A stretch of DNA of 63,777 nt, filler included, from Chiloscyllium plagiosum (Eukaryota), in the NCBI RefSeq assembly GCF_004010195.1. It is 5 parts of one record of this genome, joined end to end, with 100 filler letters (N's around TTAATTAATTAA, not from the genome) between each part and the next. Parts side by side here need not be neighbours in the genome. Positions count along the whole stretch, not along the records: positions 45,075 to 55,986 come from NC_057712.1; positions 56,087 to 61,171 come from NC_057712.1; positions 61,272 to 63,777 come from NC_057712.1; 2 more parts are not named here. One strand, written 5' to 3'. Shown here in pieces: positions 51,740 to 63,777 of this stretch. The translations under genes were made by a program, and so were the position numbers. A model generated the notes under the pieces. That model was given only the letters and a program-made list of their open reading frames with translations, was not told the origin of the DNA and searched no databases. Numbering within the stretch: the first letter of the stretch is position 1; every line of letters begins with the position of its first letter.

Positions 51740-52083
51740 GTGTAGTACTGATGGTGTGCTGAACCATCAGTGGTCCCAACTTTTGAATGAGACATTAAAT
51801 TAAACCCCTAGTTGTGCTCTCAGGTGCATTTACAATGTTCAAAAGCAGTACTTTGAGGAAGGATAGGGAAGTTTCCCTGATACTTTTTCCAATATTTGCT
51901 CATTAACATAAAAAAATCAGGTTATTATCACAATGCCATTTATGGGAGCTTGCTATGTGCAAACTGGTTAGCATATTTTCTACTTCATAACAGTGGTCAC
52001 ATTTCAAGTGTACTTCATTGATTGTAAAGTCCATGCAGACATTCTGAATTTCAGTAAGGCATAACATTAGTGCAACTCTTTTT
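51740..52083 (+). mobile_element. Deu-domain SINE (SacSINE1/AmnSINE1-like) in BCKDHB intron
   Basis: GTAGTACTGA..ATGAGACATTAAA..CTCTCAGGTG..CCAATATTT..TGGGAGCTTGCT.TGTGCAAA.TGG..TACTTCATTG.TTGTAAAG matches the recalled Deu-SINE consensus. Confidence 0.7.
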
Positions 52084-52297
52084 AAAGATAGACTTCAAAA
52101 TTAATTTCACTGTGCTGTTCTTTTGCAAAGTATACTGATCTTTAAAATTCACTCTTCTTGTAAATGGTTAAACAAAACTTCAACTGCATAACATGATTGC
52201 ACATCGAAAGGCACCACTGATAAAAACATTATTAACATGCATTCACTGTGAAAAATTAGAAAAAATCTTGAATCAACTTTCTTCTTAGACCATATAG

Positions 52298-53305
52298 GAA
52301 GATGGTTATGGTTGCTCGAGGTCAGTCATCTCAGCTCCAGGACATCTTTGCAGGAGATTCTCAGGGTAATGTCCGAGATCCGACCATATTCAGCTGCTTC
52401 ATCAATCCCTCTGTCATAGGTCAGAAGTGGGGATGTTCGCCAATTATTGCATAATGTTCAACACTATTCACGACTCCTCAGACATTGAAACTGTCCCATC
52501 TTCAATTATAACAAGATCTGGACAATATCCAGGTTTGGACAGACAAATGGTAAATAACATTCATGACAGAAAAACGCCAGGCAATGACAAGTGCAGTAAG
52601 AGACAATCTAAACATCACTCTTGACATTCAATGGTGTTATCATCACTGAATACCTCACTATCAACACCCTGAGAGTTTATCATTGATCAGAAAGTCAACT
52701 GGACTAGCCACAGAAACACAGTGGCTACAAGAGCAAATCAGAAGCTAGGAATACTACAGCAAGCAACTCAACTCTTGATTCACAAAAGTCTGTCCACCAT
52801 CTACAAGGCATAAGTCAGGACTGTGATGGAATACTCCCCACTTGCTGAAATAAGGGCAGCTCCAAAAACATTCAAGAAGCTCGATAGCATCTAGGACAAA
52901 GCAGCTTGCTTGATTGGCATCACATTTACAACCATCCACTTCCTCCCCACTGATGGTCAGTAGCAGCGATATGTACTATCTACAAAACGCACTGCAGAAA
53001 TTTGCCAAAGCTCCTTAGACATCATCTTTTAAACCCTAACGACTTCCATCTAGGATAAGGTCAGTAGATATATGGGAACAAGAACACCTGCAACTTCTCC
53101 CTCAAGCGACTCAATGTCCTAACTTGGAAATATATCAATTCCTTTACTGCCACTGGATCAAAATCCTGGAATTCCCTCCTTAACGGAATTGTGGATCTCC
53201 CTGTAACAAATGGACAGCAGCTGTTCAAGAAGCCAGCTCACTATCAACTTCTCAATACCAACTCAGGACAGGTGATGAATGCCCATGTCCCATGAGTGAA
53301 TTTAA
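52298..53305 (+). mobile_element. Family-Z CR1/L2-group LINE 3' half
   Basis: Degenerate PQG/FAD motifs; GTCAGGA.TGTGATGGAATACTCCCC; AAAATCCTGGAATTCCCTCC. Confidence 0.8.
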
Positions 53306-53319
53306 GAAGTCCCCATGCA

Positions 53320-54600
53320 TGACCTTTCAAAAGTCTAGCTGAAGTCCAAGTAGATTATATCAAATGCTTTGTCCTCATTTACTAACTCATTGAAGTATCA
53401 CGATGAAATTCATCTGGACTCAGAATCTTTTCAGCATGCATCGCCATCAAATTACCGAGCGCTACTTCTCTCATGATTGCAATTCCTTTTCTCCCTTATG
53501 TGCTGTAAACAGTGGGATTGATATTAGGTACAAGATATAGGGACTCTAATATGAGTACTGTGGGAATGTTTTTTTTTAGTATTTCCAGGAGTGTGTATTG
53601 AGTACTATACAAATGCTGTTTCATCTCTTTTCAAGGTGTAAAGGATTGTTTGGGATTAAAGGGGTTATAGTTTTATTGTGTGTTTTAAAAATTATTGAAT
53701 ACCGAACGTGTGTTGATTTGGTTTATTCTGCTTTATCTTCATTTCTTTTGTTAATAGACTTCTGTTTTATTGTTAAAGCAAATTCTGCCACATTGCCTAT
53801 ATTTCATTGAGAATCCACTTTGTTATCAAAAATAAATCAAAACCTGATCAATCAAGCCATATTCCTGTCTGGAATCTGACATTTCCCACAATAACATCAA
53901 CTGGGAGTATAACACTTGTACCTCCTGACTGAAAATCATTACTGGAATTTTTTAGTATCCTCTACAGTGAAAACAGAAACTAAATATTTGATCATTTCAC
54001 CCATCATTTTCTTATTATTCACTCTTAAGATGACCAATACTTATTTTGCTTATTCTTTTCCTTTTTAAATACCTTTAGAATCTCTTGCTATCCCTATTTT
54101 TTACATTCATAGCCACCTTTCTCTTGTCCTCTAATTCTTTTTCCTTATTTATTATTTTGTCATTTGCTGCTGTTCTTTATATTCTGACCAATAACCCAGC
54201 CTGCCACTCAACTTTGAGCAGGTCCATGCTTCTTCATCGAGTTTAGTGCCATCCCTAACTTCTTTAGTTAACCACGGGTGGTAGATCCTCACTTAGGACT
54301 TGTGTTGAGGGAGGAATTTACTTATTCAAAGTATTCTGAAATAAATGTCTGCCATTGCATATCCACTGATCTATTCAATGGCCTAGTATGTCAGTTCACT
54401 TCAGCGAGATCCGCTTTCATGCCTACATGGTTGCTTTTATTCAGATCTAAAGTACCAGTCTTAGACCCGATTTTATCCCTTTCAAACCAAATGCTAAGTT
54501 AAGCATATTGTGGTTGTTGCGACCTGGGGCTGTCTTAATTGTGTGGTGATTATTTAATGCTGTCACTTTACACAATACTAAGTCTAATACATGCTACCCT
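53320..54600 (-). mobile_element. Old CR1 remnant with a possible LTR-like insert (53499-53913)
   Basis: Degenerate reverse CR1 ORF2 motifs; the insert is bounded by TG..ATAACA. Confidence 0.45.
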
Positions 54601-55204
54601 CTGAACAGTTCCCTATATTAAATCAGATCATTCTCCTCAGTTTTCCTGAGAGGCTGATGGATGTTAGGAAATTTGTTTGAATTGAAGCAGCTCTTATGAT
54701 GATTCTACTGGATATTGCAGAGGCTATGAATCTGCACAATATTCTGGTACACTGAAGACTTGTGTCCATGACTAACCGCATAGCTTTTCAAGCTGGGAGA
54801 ATGGGTACAGTTATTGACAGCCAATCATTTCAAGACATGGCTGCTCGGGTGCCCCATGGTGAAGTCCAAGGCCAAACCACCTTCAGCTGTGTCATCAATT
54901 AATCCATCTTATGCAGATGTTTGCTTACTATTCGTAGACCTTCAGGTACATAATCAGTCTAAGCATAGCAAAACCTGGACAGCGTTCAGTTTGATACGTA
55001 CCAAGTAACATCTGTGCCACAGAGTGCAACGACCAGTGCCAAAAATACAGAATCTAACCATTCCCCCCAAGATACTCAAAGCTATTATCATTGCTGAAAT
55101 CGCTATTATCAACATCCGAGAGGTTACCACTGACCAAATAGACTAGCCATATAAATGTGATCGCAAAAGTAGATCAGACATTGGGAATTCTGTGGCTATC
55201 ATCT

Positions 55205-55637
55205 CCTGGTTAGGTGAGGTGCCGAAAGATTGGAGGTTGACTTAACATGGTGCCATTATTTAAGAATGGTGGTAAGGACAAGCCAGGGAACTATAGACCA
55301 GTGAGCCTGAAGTGGGTGGTGGGCAAGTTGTTTTAGGGAATCCTAAGGGACAGGATGTATATGTATTTGGAAAGGCAAGGACTCATTAGGGATAGTCAAC
55401 TTGACTTTGTGTGTGGGAAATCATGTCTCACACACTTGATTGAGTTTTTGAACAAGTAACAAAGAGGATTGATGAGGGCAGAGCGGTAGATAGGATCTAT
55501 GTGGCCTTCAGTAAGGCATTCGACAAGGTTCCCCATGGGAGACAGATTAGCAAGGTTAGATCTCACGGAATACAGGGAGAACTAGCCATTTGGATACAGA
55601 ACTGGCTCAAGGTAGAGGGCAGAGGGTGGTGGTGGAG
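55205..55637 (+). mobile_element. Family-Y CR1 RT fragment
   Basis: KPGNYRPVSL..FSKAFDKVP. Confidence 0.88.
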
Positions 55638-56317
55638 GTAAAAACAATGACTGCAGATGCTGGAAACCAGATTCTGGATTAGGGGTGCTGGAAAAACACA
55701 GTTCAGGCAGCATCCGAAGAGCAGTAAAATCGACGTTTCGAGCAAAAGCCCTTCATCAGGAATACAGGCAGAGTGCCTGAAGGGTGGAGAGATAAATGAG
55801 AGGAGGGTGGGGGTGGGGAGAAAGTAGCATAGAGTACAATAGGTGAGTGGGGATTAGATTACTTACAGTGTGGAAACAGGCCCTTCGGCCCAACAAGTCC
55901 ACACCGACCCGCAACCCACCCAGACCCATTCCCCTACACCTCACACTACGGGCAATTTAGCATGGCCAATTCACCTGACCTGCACANNNNNNNNNNNNNN
56001 NNNNNNNNNNNNNNNNNNNNNNNNNNNNNNTTAATTAATTAANNNNNNNNNNNNNNNNNNNNNNNNNNNNNNNNNNNNNNNNNNNNCCTCACCCTCACCT
56101 CCTTCCACCTATCGTATTCCCAGCACCCCTCCCCAAAATCCCCTCCCCCTTACCTTTTATCTCAGCCCACCTGGCACACCAGCCTCATTCCTGAAGAAGG
56201 GCTTATGCCCAAAACGTTGATTCTCTTGCTCCTCGGATGCTGCTTGACCTGCTGTGTTTTTCCAGCGTCACAGTTTTCAGCTCTGATCTCCAGCATCTGC
56301 AGTCCTCACTTTCTCCT
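55638..56317. mobile_element. Family-A pLTR fragments (minus 55638-55850; plus 56087-56317) with a partial V-SINE (55851-55986) and a gap between
   Basis: Reverse ATTCCTGATGAAGGGCTTTTGCTCGAAACGTCGA; forward ATTCCTGAAGAAGGGCTTATGCCC. Confidence 0.8.
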
Positions 56318-57269
56318 CGTCAATCATGTCCACATCCCCCAGATGAATACAAAAAATAAATTCACCATAAAAAAAGTCAATGAGTTTTTAACACTCACCG
56401 GTCAAGTTTAAAGTTAGTGATTTACTTGAGATAAATCACTTGTCAAGTTTGAAGTTAGTTATGTAACTCTTAACATGCACGATCTGTCATCAGTAGATTC
56501 ACCTGAAACACCTATCACCCTTAAAGGTTGATTCATGCCTTCCAAAGTAGCAAGTCATCATAACATGAAATATGTTCTAATGAAGTAAGTCTTGCTACAA
56601 TGGGCTTTCAGCAGAAGATGCTTACCTCTTTGTGCACATTGCTTTATTGATTTTATGGTTAAATGGTTGTTTTGTTCATTCTTGCAGATTCTCCGAAAGT
56701 CCCATTTTCTTACAGAAGAAGCATTGACATGACAAAGTTGAGCATTGCTTCTCATTTTAACTCCAGACTTAGAACACTAATTTTTGACATATAGGGATTT
56801 AAATACATCTTGTGTTTCTATCTCAGGATATTCTGATGTTTTTGTACTTTATGAAGTTAAAAGTCTGAGTATTTGTAGTATGGTGGTTTTCTGTTTCCAT
56901 CATTCTCTTTGTTTTTGAATTTCAGCTTGTGTTTTGCTTTTTTAATTTATAATATCTGAAAGAAATAGATCAGAAATTATGACAATTCTGTCTCTAATTA
57001 GTTCTATTTGTAAACCATTATAATTGCAAAATTCTGACTGTGTAAAGATAATTGATAACATTCTCCAGGAAGCTATATTCTTTTAAATCTTGCTCTCTTG
57101 ATTATAAAATTGGTACTTGATGTAAAATAATTGTCAAACGCTCTTACAATATTACCAAAGATACTTTCTGTCTTGACTTTTTTTATGTTTTGTTATTTCA
57201 AAACATGTTCTGCAGCCAGACCCACAGAGTAAAAAAATGTATTGATTTGTTGTTCTGAGTATCTTGTAA

Positions 57270-59015
57270 TCCTGAAGCAATTCAAGGAGGTGACAAATAT
57301 GATCGATGAGGGTAGAGCAGTGGATATTGTCTACAGGGATTTTAGTAAGGCTTTCAACAAGGTCCCTCATGATACGCTCATCCAGAAGATTAAGATACAT
57401 AAGATTCACGGTGACTTGGCTGCATGGATTCAGAATTGGCTTGCAGATAGAAAGCAGAAGTTAGTGGTGAAAGCATGCTTTTCAAACTGGAGGTCCCTGA
57501 CTAGTGGTGTTCCATAGGGATCTGTACTGGGACCTCTGCTGTTTGTGATTATATACAAATGACTAGGGTGAATATGTATATGGGTGGGTTAGAAAGTTTT
57601 CAGTCAATACAAAGATTGGTGGAGTTGTGGATAGTGTGAAAGGTTGTGGATAAACTTTCACCTCTCTGTGTACTTATCATGTAAGTGTGAGTCAACTGAC
57701 AGAGGCAAGTTTTTGACTCCTCATTGAGTTTCAGTCCTTCTTGATTAAAATGTTAATTCCACAACATATGGCCCATCTGAGTTGCCTAGGACTATCACAT
57801 GATCACAGCAGCCATTTTTGGACAGTACTGTCCTTTTGTTTTGAAACGGATCTTTAGCCCATGAAATCCTCAGATTTGGAGTCAACACTGTGGATGAAGA
57901 AAGCCTCACAGGCTCAGACATGCCCACCTATGACTAAACAATCTTACATTGGTAAAAATATAGGTCACTTCCAGAAGATGAGTAGAAGTAGTGTACATTT
58001 CAAGGCAGAAAAAGCCAAATGCTTACCTAAACAACAATATTTTGTTGGTATAACCTCCTCTGGTGGTACAGATACTTGCATTACATAATGTAATATACTT
58101 CAGTAAAAAAGAAAATGGGACATTCCTACAAGAAATTGGCGATCCAAACTTTTTGAATTTGCAGATTGCACCAAAACTGGAGGTGCAGTGGACAGCGAGG
58201 AAAGTGACCTCAGAGTACAATGGAATCTTAATCAGATGGGCCAATGAGCCAAGGAGTGGCTGGTAAAGTTTAATTTTGATAAATGTGAGATGCTGCATTT
58301 TGGAAAGGCAAATCAGGGCAGGACTTATTGGTAAGGTGCTGGGGAGTGTTCACAATTCTCTGAAAGTGCAGTTCCAGCTAGAATGGATAGTGAAGAAGGA
58401 ATTAGGCATGTTTGCCTTTATTGGTCAATGCATTGAATATAGGAGTTGGGAGGTCATGTTGCAGATGTACAGGACATTGGTTAGGCCACTTTTGGAATAT
58501 TGCATGTAAATCTGTTCTCCTGGCTATAGGAAGGATGCTGTGAAACTTGAAACGGTTCAGAAAAGATTTACAAGGATGTTATAGGATTGGAGGGTTTGAA
58601 CCATAAGGAGAGGCTAAATATACTTGGGTGATTTTCCCTGGAGAGTCAGAGGCTGAGGAGTGAACTTATAGAGAGTGATAAAGTCATGAGGGGCATGAAT
58701 AGGCTAGATAGATAAGGTTTTAAACCCTAGGGTGGGGGACTCCAAAACTAGAGGGCGTATGTTAAAGGTGGGAGGGGAAAGATTTTAAAGGGATCAAAGG
58801 ATCAACTTTTTCATGCAGAGAGTGGTGCGCGCAGAGAATGAGCCGTCAGAAGAAGTGGTGGAGGCTGGTACAATTACAACATTTAAAAAGTTTAGTTTTT
58901 GATAGGAAGGGTTTAGAGTGATATGGGACAAGAATAGTTTAGGATATCTTGTAGGCATAGGCAAATTGGACCGAAGAATCTTCTGTGTTGTATATCTTTA
59001 TGACTCCATGACTCT
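57270..59015 (+). mobile_element. Two CR1 fragments (57270-57650; 58165-59015)
   Basis: AVDIVYRDFSKAFNKVPH..LTSGVP; YRTLVRPLLEYC and family-Y tail. Confidence 0.85.
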
Positions 59016-59417
59016 GACGGAGCTGTGCGTGTCAATGGACATCCTATTAGTTTTAACAGATGGGACAGTCATTATCCTATCATATGTAAATACCACAGCT
59101 AAGAAACAGAAGTTCCAGTCTTTGGAAATGAAACAATATGGCACAGATACCTTCGGTCTTTAATGGTATTCTGTGCTACAAGATAACATAGTACTGCAAC
59201 ATAAAAACACAAGAAATAGAAATGTTTACAGAATGCGTAATCAACATTTCTTTTGAAGATTACACACTTATATCTTTAAATAGAAAAAGGAAATCAAGTT
59301 CCAAGAGAGTAACTGATTCAGGAATAAACCAGTGTCTTAAAATCTGTCAAGGTACAGTTGATGGATTTGATTGAGCTTCCTAGGCAATTGCAAAAGAATC
59401 AATTGAAATTACCAATT

Positions 59418-59970
59418 AGTGAGTTTTTGAAAAGATTTGTAGCTCAAGTTGATGTTCTGGATGTAGATTTGCTCGTTGAGCTGGAAGGTTTATTTTTCAG
59501 ACATTTTCATCACCATACTAGGTAACATCTTCAGTGTGCCTCCAGATGATGCATTGTTGATGATTCCTGCTGTTCTATTTTATATGTTTGGGTTTCTTTG
59601 GGTTGGTGATGTTATTTCCCTGTAGTGATGTCATTTCCCAAGGTGATGTCATTTCCTGTTCTTTTTTCTCAGGGGTGTATCACTAACAAACATTACAAGC
59701 AGAAAAACTAGCCACCAGGTCATGAACATCAACTAGCCACAAAAATGACATGACCCTCTCTCACTAGTATCCTGATATACAGCTGAGGAAGAACACCACT
59801 TCGACTGGGACAACACATCCATCCTGGGACAGGCCAAACTGACACGCAGGAGAATTCCTAAAAGCGTGGCATTCCAACCGGAATTCTATAACCAAAATAC
59901 ATTGACTTGGATCTAATTTATCACTCTCGATTAAAAAAGAACACCATAGTAAAATGACATCATCACAGGA
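59418..59970. mobile_element. Family-D Penelope-like element: inverted pLTR (minus) plus GIY-YIG C-terminus (plus)
   Basis: Reverse CA-CTGAAGA-TGTTACC..GGTGAT-GAAAATGTC-TG; forward frameshifted KLATR..HEHQLATK..HDPLSLVS..HHFDWDNTSILGQAK. Confidence 0.8.
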
Positions 59971-59971
59971 A

Positions 59972-60989
59972 GGGGAACGTAGCACGAACAGCCAAGTTTC
60001 TGGTATGGAGACTGGCTCTAATGCAACGAGGGCTATGTTGGCTTCCAAGAGATCAATTGTGTTAAGGGATTCTCTAGTTTGAGGTACAGACAGACGTTTC
60101 TGTGGCCAGCAGAGAGAAAGCAGAATGGTGTGTTGCTTCCCTGGTGCCAGGATCAAGGATGTATCGGAGAGGGTGCAGAATGTTCTCATGGGGGAGAGGG
60201 GCAAGCAAGAGGTCATTATCCATATTGGAATCAACGATATAGGAAGGGAAAAGGTTGAGATTCTGAAGGGAGATTACAGAGAGTTAGGCAGAAATTTAAA
60301 AAGGAGGTCCTTGAGAGTAGTAATATCTGGATTACTCCCAGTGCCATGAGCTAGTGAGGGCAGGAATAGGAGAATACAGTAGATGAATGCATGGCTGAGG
60401 AGCTGGTGTATGGGAGATGGATTCACATTTTGGATCATTTGAATCTGTTTTGGGATAGAAGTGACCTTTATGAGAAGGACCTAAATTGGAAGGGGACTAA
60501 TATACTGGCAGGGAAGTTTGCTAGAGCTGCTTGGGAGGATTTAAACTAGTAAGATGGGGCGGGGGGGGTGTGGTGGTGGGACCCAGGGAGATAGTGAGAA
60601 AAAGGATCAATCTGAGACTGGTACAGTTGAGAACAGAAGCAAGTGAAACTGTCAGGGCAAGCAGGGACAAGGTAGGACTAATAAATTAAACTGCATTTAT
60701 TTCACTGCAAGGAGCCTAACATGGAAGGCAGATTAACTCAGGGCATGGTTAGGAACATGGGACTGGGATATCATAGCAATTACAGAAACATGGCTCAGGG
60801 ATGGGCAGGACTGGCAGCTTAATGTTCCAGGATACAAATGCTACAGGAAGGATAGAAAGGGAGGCAAGAGAGGAGGGGGAGTGGCATTTTTGATAAGGGA
60901 TAGCATTACAGCTGTGCTGAGGGAGGATATTCCCGGAAATACATCCAGGGAAGTTATTTGGGTGGAACTGAGAAATAAGAAAGGGATGA
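59972..60989 (+). mobile_element. CR1 ORF1 esterase and start of ORF2 APE
   Basis: VCCFPGARIKDVSER..VIIHIGINDIG..VVISGLLPVP; WDIIAITETW..RGGGVA. Confidence 0.9.
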
Positions 60990-62390
60990 TAGAACATAGA
61001 ACATAGAAGAATACAGCGCAGTACAGGCCCTTTGGCCCTCGATGTTGCGCCGATCCAAGCCCACCTAACCTACACGAGACCACTATCCTCCATATGCCTA
61101 TCCAATGCCCGCTTAAATGCCCATAAAGAGGGAGAGTCCACCACTGCTACTGGCAAGGCATTCCATGAACTNNNNNNNNNNNNNNNNNNNNNNNNNNNNN
61201 NNNNNNNNNNNNNNNTTAATTAATTAANNNNNNNNNNNNNNNNNNNNNNNNNNNNNNNNNNNNNNNNNNNNCTGTCTACATACTGTGTCAGGAAGCCCTC
61301 CTGCACACACTGGACAAAAACTGACCCATCTATAGTACTCGTACTATAGTGTTCCCAGTCAATATTTGGATAGTTGAAGTCCCCCATAACAACTACCATT
61401 TTACTCTCGCTCCTATCGTGAATCATCTTTGCTGTCCTTTCCTCTACATCCCTGGAACAATTCAGAGGCCTATAGAAAGCNNNNNNNNNNNNNNNNNNNN
61501 NNNNNNNNNNNNNNNACTGTCCTTGACCAACAATGCCACACCTCCCCCTCTTTTACCATCTTCTCTGTTCTTACTGAAACATCTAAATCCTGGAATCTGC
61601 AACACCCATTCCTGTCTCTGCGCTAACCATGTCTCCGAAATGGCCACAACATCGAAGTCCCAGGTACCAACCCATGCTGCAAGTTCACCCACCTTATTCC
61701 GGATGCTCCTGGCGTTGAAGTAGACACACTTCAAACCAACTTCTTGCTTGCCGGTGCCATCTTGCGTCCCTGAAACTTGATATTGGACCTCCCTACTCTC
61801 AACCTTTTCTATACTTGAACTAGTTTTGATTCCCACCCCCCTGCTGGATTAGTTTAAACCCACCCCAATAGCCTTAGCGAATTCCCCCCCAGGATATTTG
61901 TACCCCTCCGGTTCAGATGAAGACCATCCTGTTTGTAGAGGTCCCACCTACCCCAGAAACAGCCCCAATTATTCAAGAACCCAAAACCCTCCCTCCTGCA
62001 CCATCCCAGTAACCACGTGTTCAACCCCTCTCTCTCCCTATTCCTCGCCTCGTTAGCATGTGGCACAGGCAATAAACCAGAGACAACAACTCTGTTTATC
62101 CTAGCTCTGAGCTTCCACCCTAGCTCCCTGAATTTCTGCCTTAAATCCCCATCTCTCTTCCTACCTATGTATTTGGTGCCGATGTGGACCATGCTCCCCC
62201 TCCCCCTTAAGGATCCCAAAAACACGATCAGAGACATCACGGACCCTGGCACCTTGGAGGCAACACACCAACCGCGAGTCTCTCTCTCGTCCCCACAGAA
62301 CCTCCTATCTGTCCCCCTAACTATGGAGTCCCCAATGACTACTGCTCCGCTCCCCTTCCCCCTTTCCCTTCCGAGCAGCAGGGACAGACT
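60990..62390 (-). mobile_element. CR1 pieces on the minus strand (3' tail 60990-61171; APE and ORF1 61272-62390), broken by gaps
   Basis: YFNARSIRNK..DVVAISETW, VMGDFNYPNIDW, DLYKQDGLHLN. Confidence 0.9.
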
Positions 62391-63397
62391 CTGTCTTACA
62401 GTAACTCAGCAAGCCATCACCTGCCCACTTCCTCAGAGACACAGGAAAGACATGCCAGTCCAAAAAGGCAAAGCAAAGACAGGCACATGGGTCAGAGTCA
62501 TACGCCCAAGAGAAGGTACCTACTCACTGACAGAGCTGGGCAGAGTGGGCAGGGAGCCCGGTTCCCACAACACAAGCAGTCACAATCCACAAACCCATAC
62601 GGGGAGAAAACACACACAGAGATAAGCTGGGACACGAAGCTGTGAAAAACCCTCCGGGTAACAATCAACAGACCCTTCAGCCCAACCTGTCCGTGCCGAC
62701 CCAGTTTCCTGAACTGAATGCATGCCACTTGCCCATCCCTTTGACCCATATCTGTCGGTCTCTGTGACGCTGCTTACCTTGAAGAGGGGGCAGGCGATGA
62801 AAAGCCGGGGGCTTTTATTTCTCTGCCTGTCCCGGGGTTTTTGCAACAGGCACACGATGAAGGTGGAAGTGTTTGTCTCTCTGTCCATATCGTTCTGACT
62901 CAGAGTCACACAGTACTGGGGATTCGTACAGAAGGTACCTGCAGAAAGACATGGCCAACTCAGAGAATACAGCAACCGCAGAGTACTTCACAACAACTGG
63001 TAACAGTTGGGCTCAGAATGACCCGCCAGCAGATGCAAAAAAACTCTCTGGGGCTATTCTGAAGAAATCTTCAAAGGCTCATAAAGTTTAGAACTCTCCC
63101 TCTGCAAACAGAAATTAATACAAGGATGATTGTGCATTTTAAAACGAGCCATTTTAGATACTTGTTGGTCAACATGAAGGGACAGAGGGAATAGGCAGGC
63201 GTTTGGAACTCAGTCACAGACAGCCATGATCGCTGGCAGACATTAGAAGGGCTGAATGGTCCTGACTGCTCCTGTGTTCCTAGAGACATGGGAATTCTTC
63301 CAGGAGTAAATTACAGTTCAAGCAATGTCATTCAAACTGATTAACAGGTCTGTGTACGATCTGACTGTCTGTAAATTAGCTTTCGCTAAACAAGCAT

Positions 63398-63777
63398 GAC
63401 CCCAAGGTCCCGTACTTCCCGCGGGAGCCTGTGCCCCACATCCTGAACCGCCTCCGGAATTTTCGTTTTGTCCCTTTTAAGGACGTAAAAAGGAGGGCCC
63501 TGTATAGACAGCTGCTGCACACCGTCCACCTCTTCTCCCTCATCCACCGGGCGGTGGGGATCCCCAGTGGAGAGGGCTCTACGCGGGAGTCCTCCCCCTT
63601 TCTCTCGGGGATCTGGGGTGGAGGGTGCTGCACGCAGCAGTCCCCTGCAACCGCAGGTTGCGGTGGTTCACGGACTCCCAGCCCAACTGCTTGTTCTGTG
63701 GCGCTGTGGAGTCCGTGGACCATGTATATATTGGGTGTGGGCGTTTGCACTCCCTTTTTGATTTTCTTAAAAACCTT
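63398..63777 (+). mobile_element. Tx1/L1-clade LINE ORF2 C-terminal fragment (CCHC zinc knuckle)
   Basis: Manual translation: ..RRALYRQLLHTVH.. / PQWRGLY..DLGWRVLHAAV..CLFCGAVESVDHVYIGCGRL; frameshift near 63550. Confidence 0.8.

Noticed and set aside
56401..56459. 18-nt direct repeat around a 9-bp hairpin
   Set aside because: Too short; consistent with a local replication or repair duplication

Overview
Eukaryotic, repeat-saturated genomic DNA from a cartilaginous fish (shark-type HE1/V-SINEs, CR1 LINEs, Deu-domain SINE), with four artificial 100-nt scaffold gaps. Only one host coding exon is recognisable: the last coding exon of BCKDHB (minus strand, 49431-49571, missed by the ORF track). 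Everything above 49572 is therefore BCKDHB intron and everything below is 3'UTR/intergenic. The rest is nested fragments of several CR1-group LINEs, tRNA-derived SINEs, a Tx1/L1 fragment, probable solo LTRs, a 26-nt minisatellite, and many Penelope-like (GIY-YIG) retroelement pieces. The most striking unexplained structure is a set of ~100-230 bp fold-back insertions, most flanked by 11-16 bp target-site duplications. They come from three unrelated Penelope-like families, each carrying its own minimal hammerhead ribozyme (CUGAnGA-stem II-GAA + 4-nt palindrome). Other points of interest are a strong splice donor 9 nt after the BCKDHB stop, a 78-nt pre-miRNA-sized hairpin, and a CR1 5'UTR full of splice sites around an E-box palindrome. 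Family names are assigned from memory of consensus motifs and repeat boundaries are approximate.
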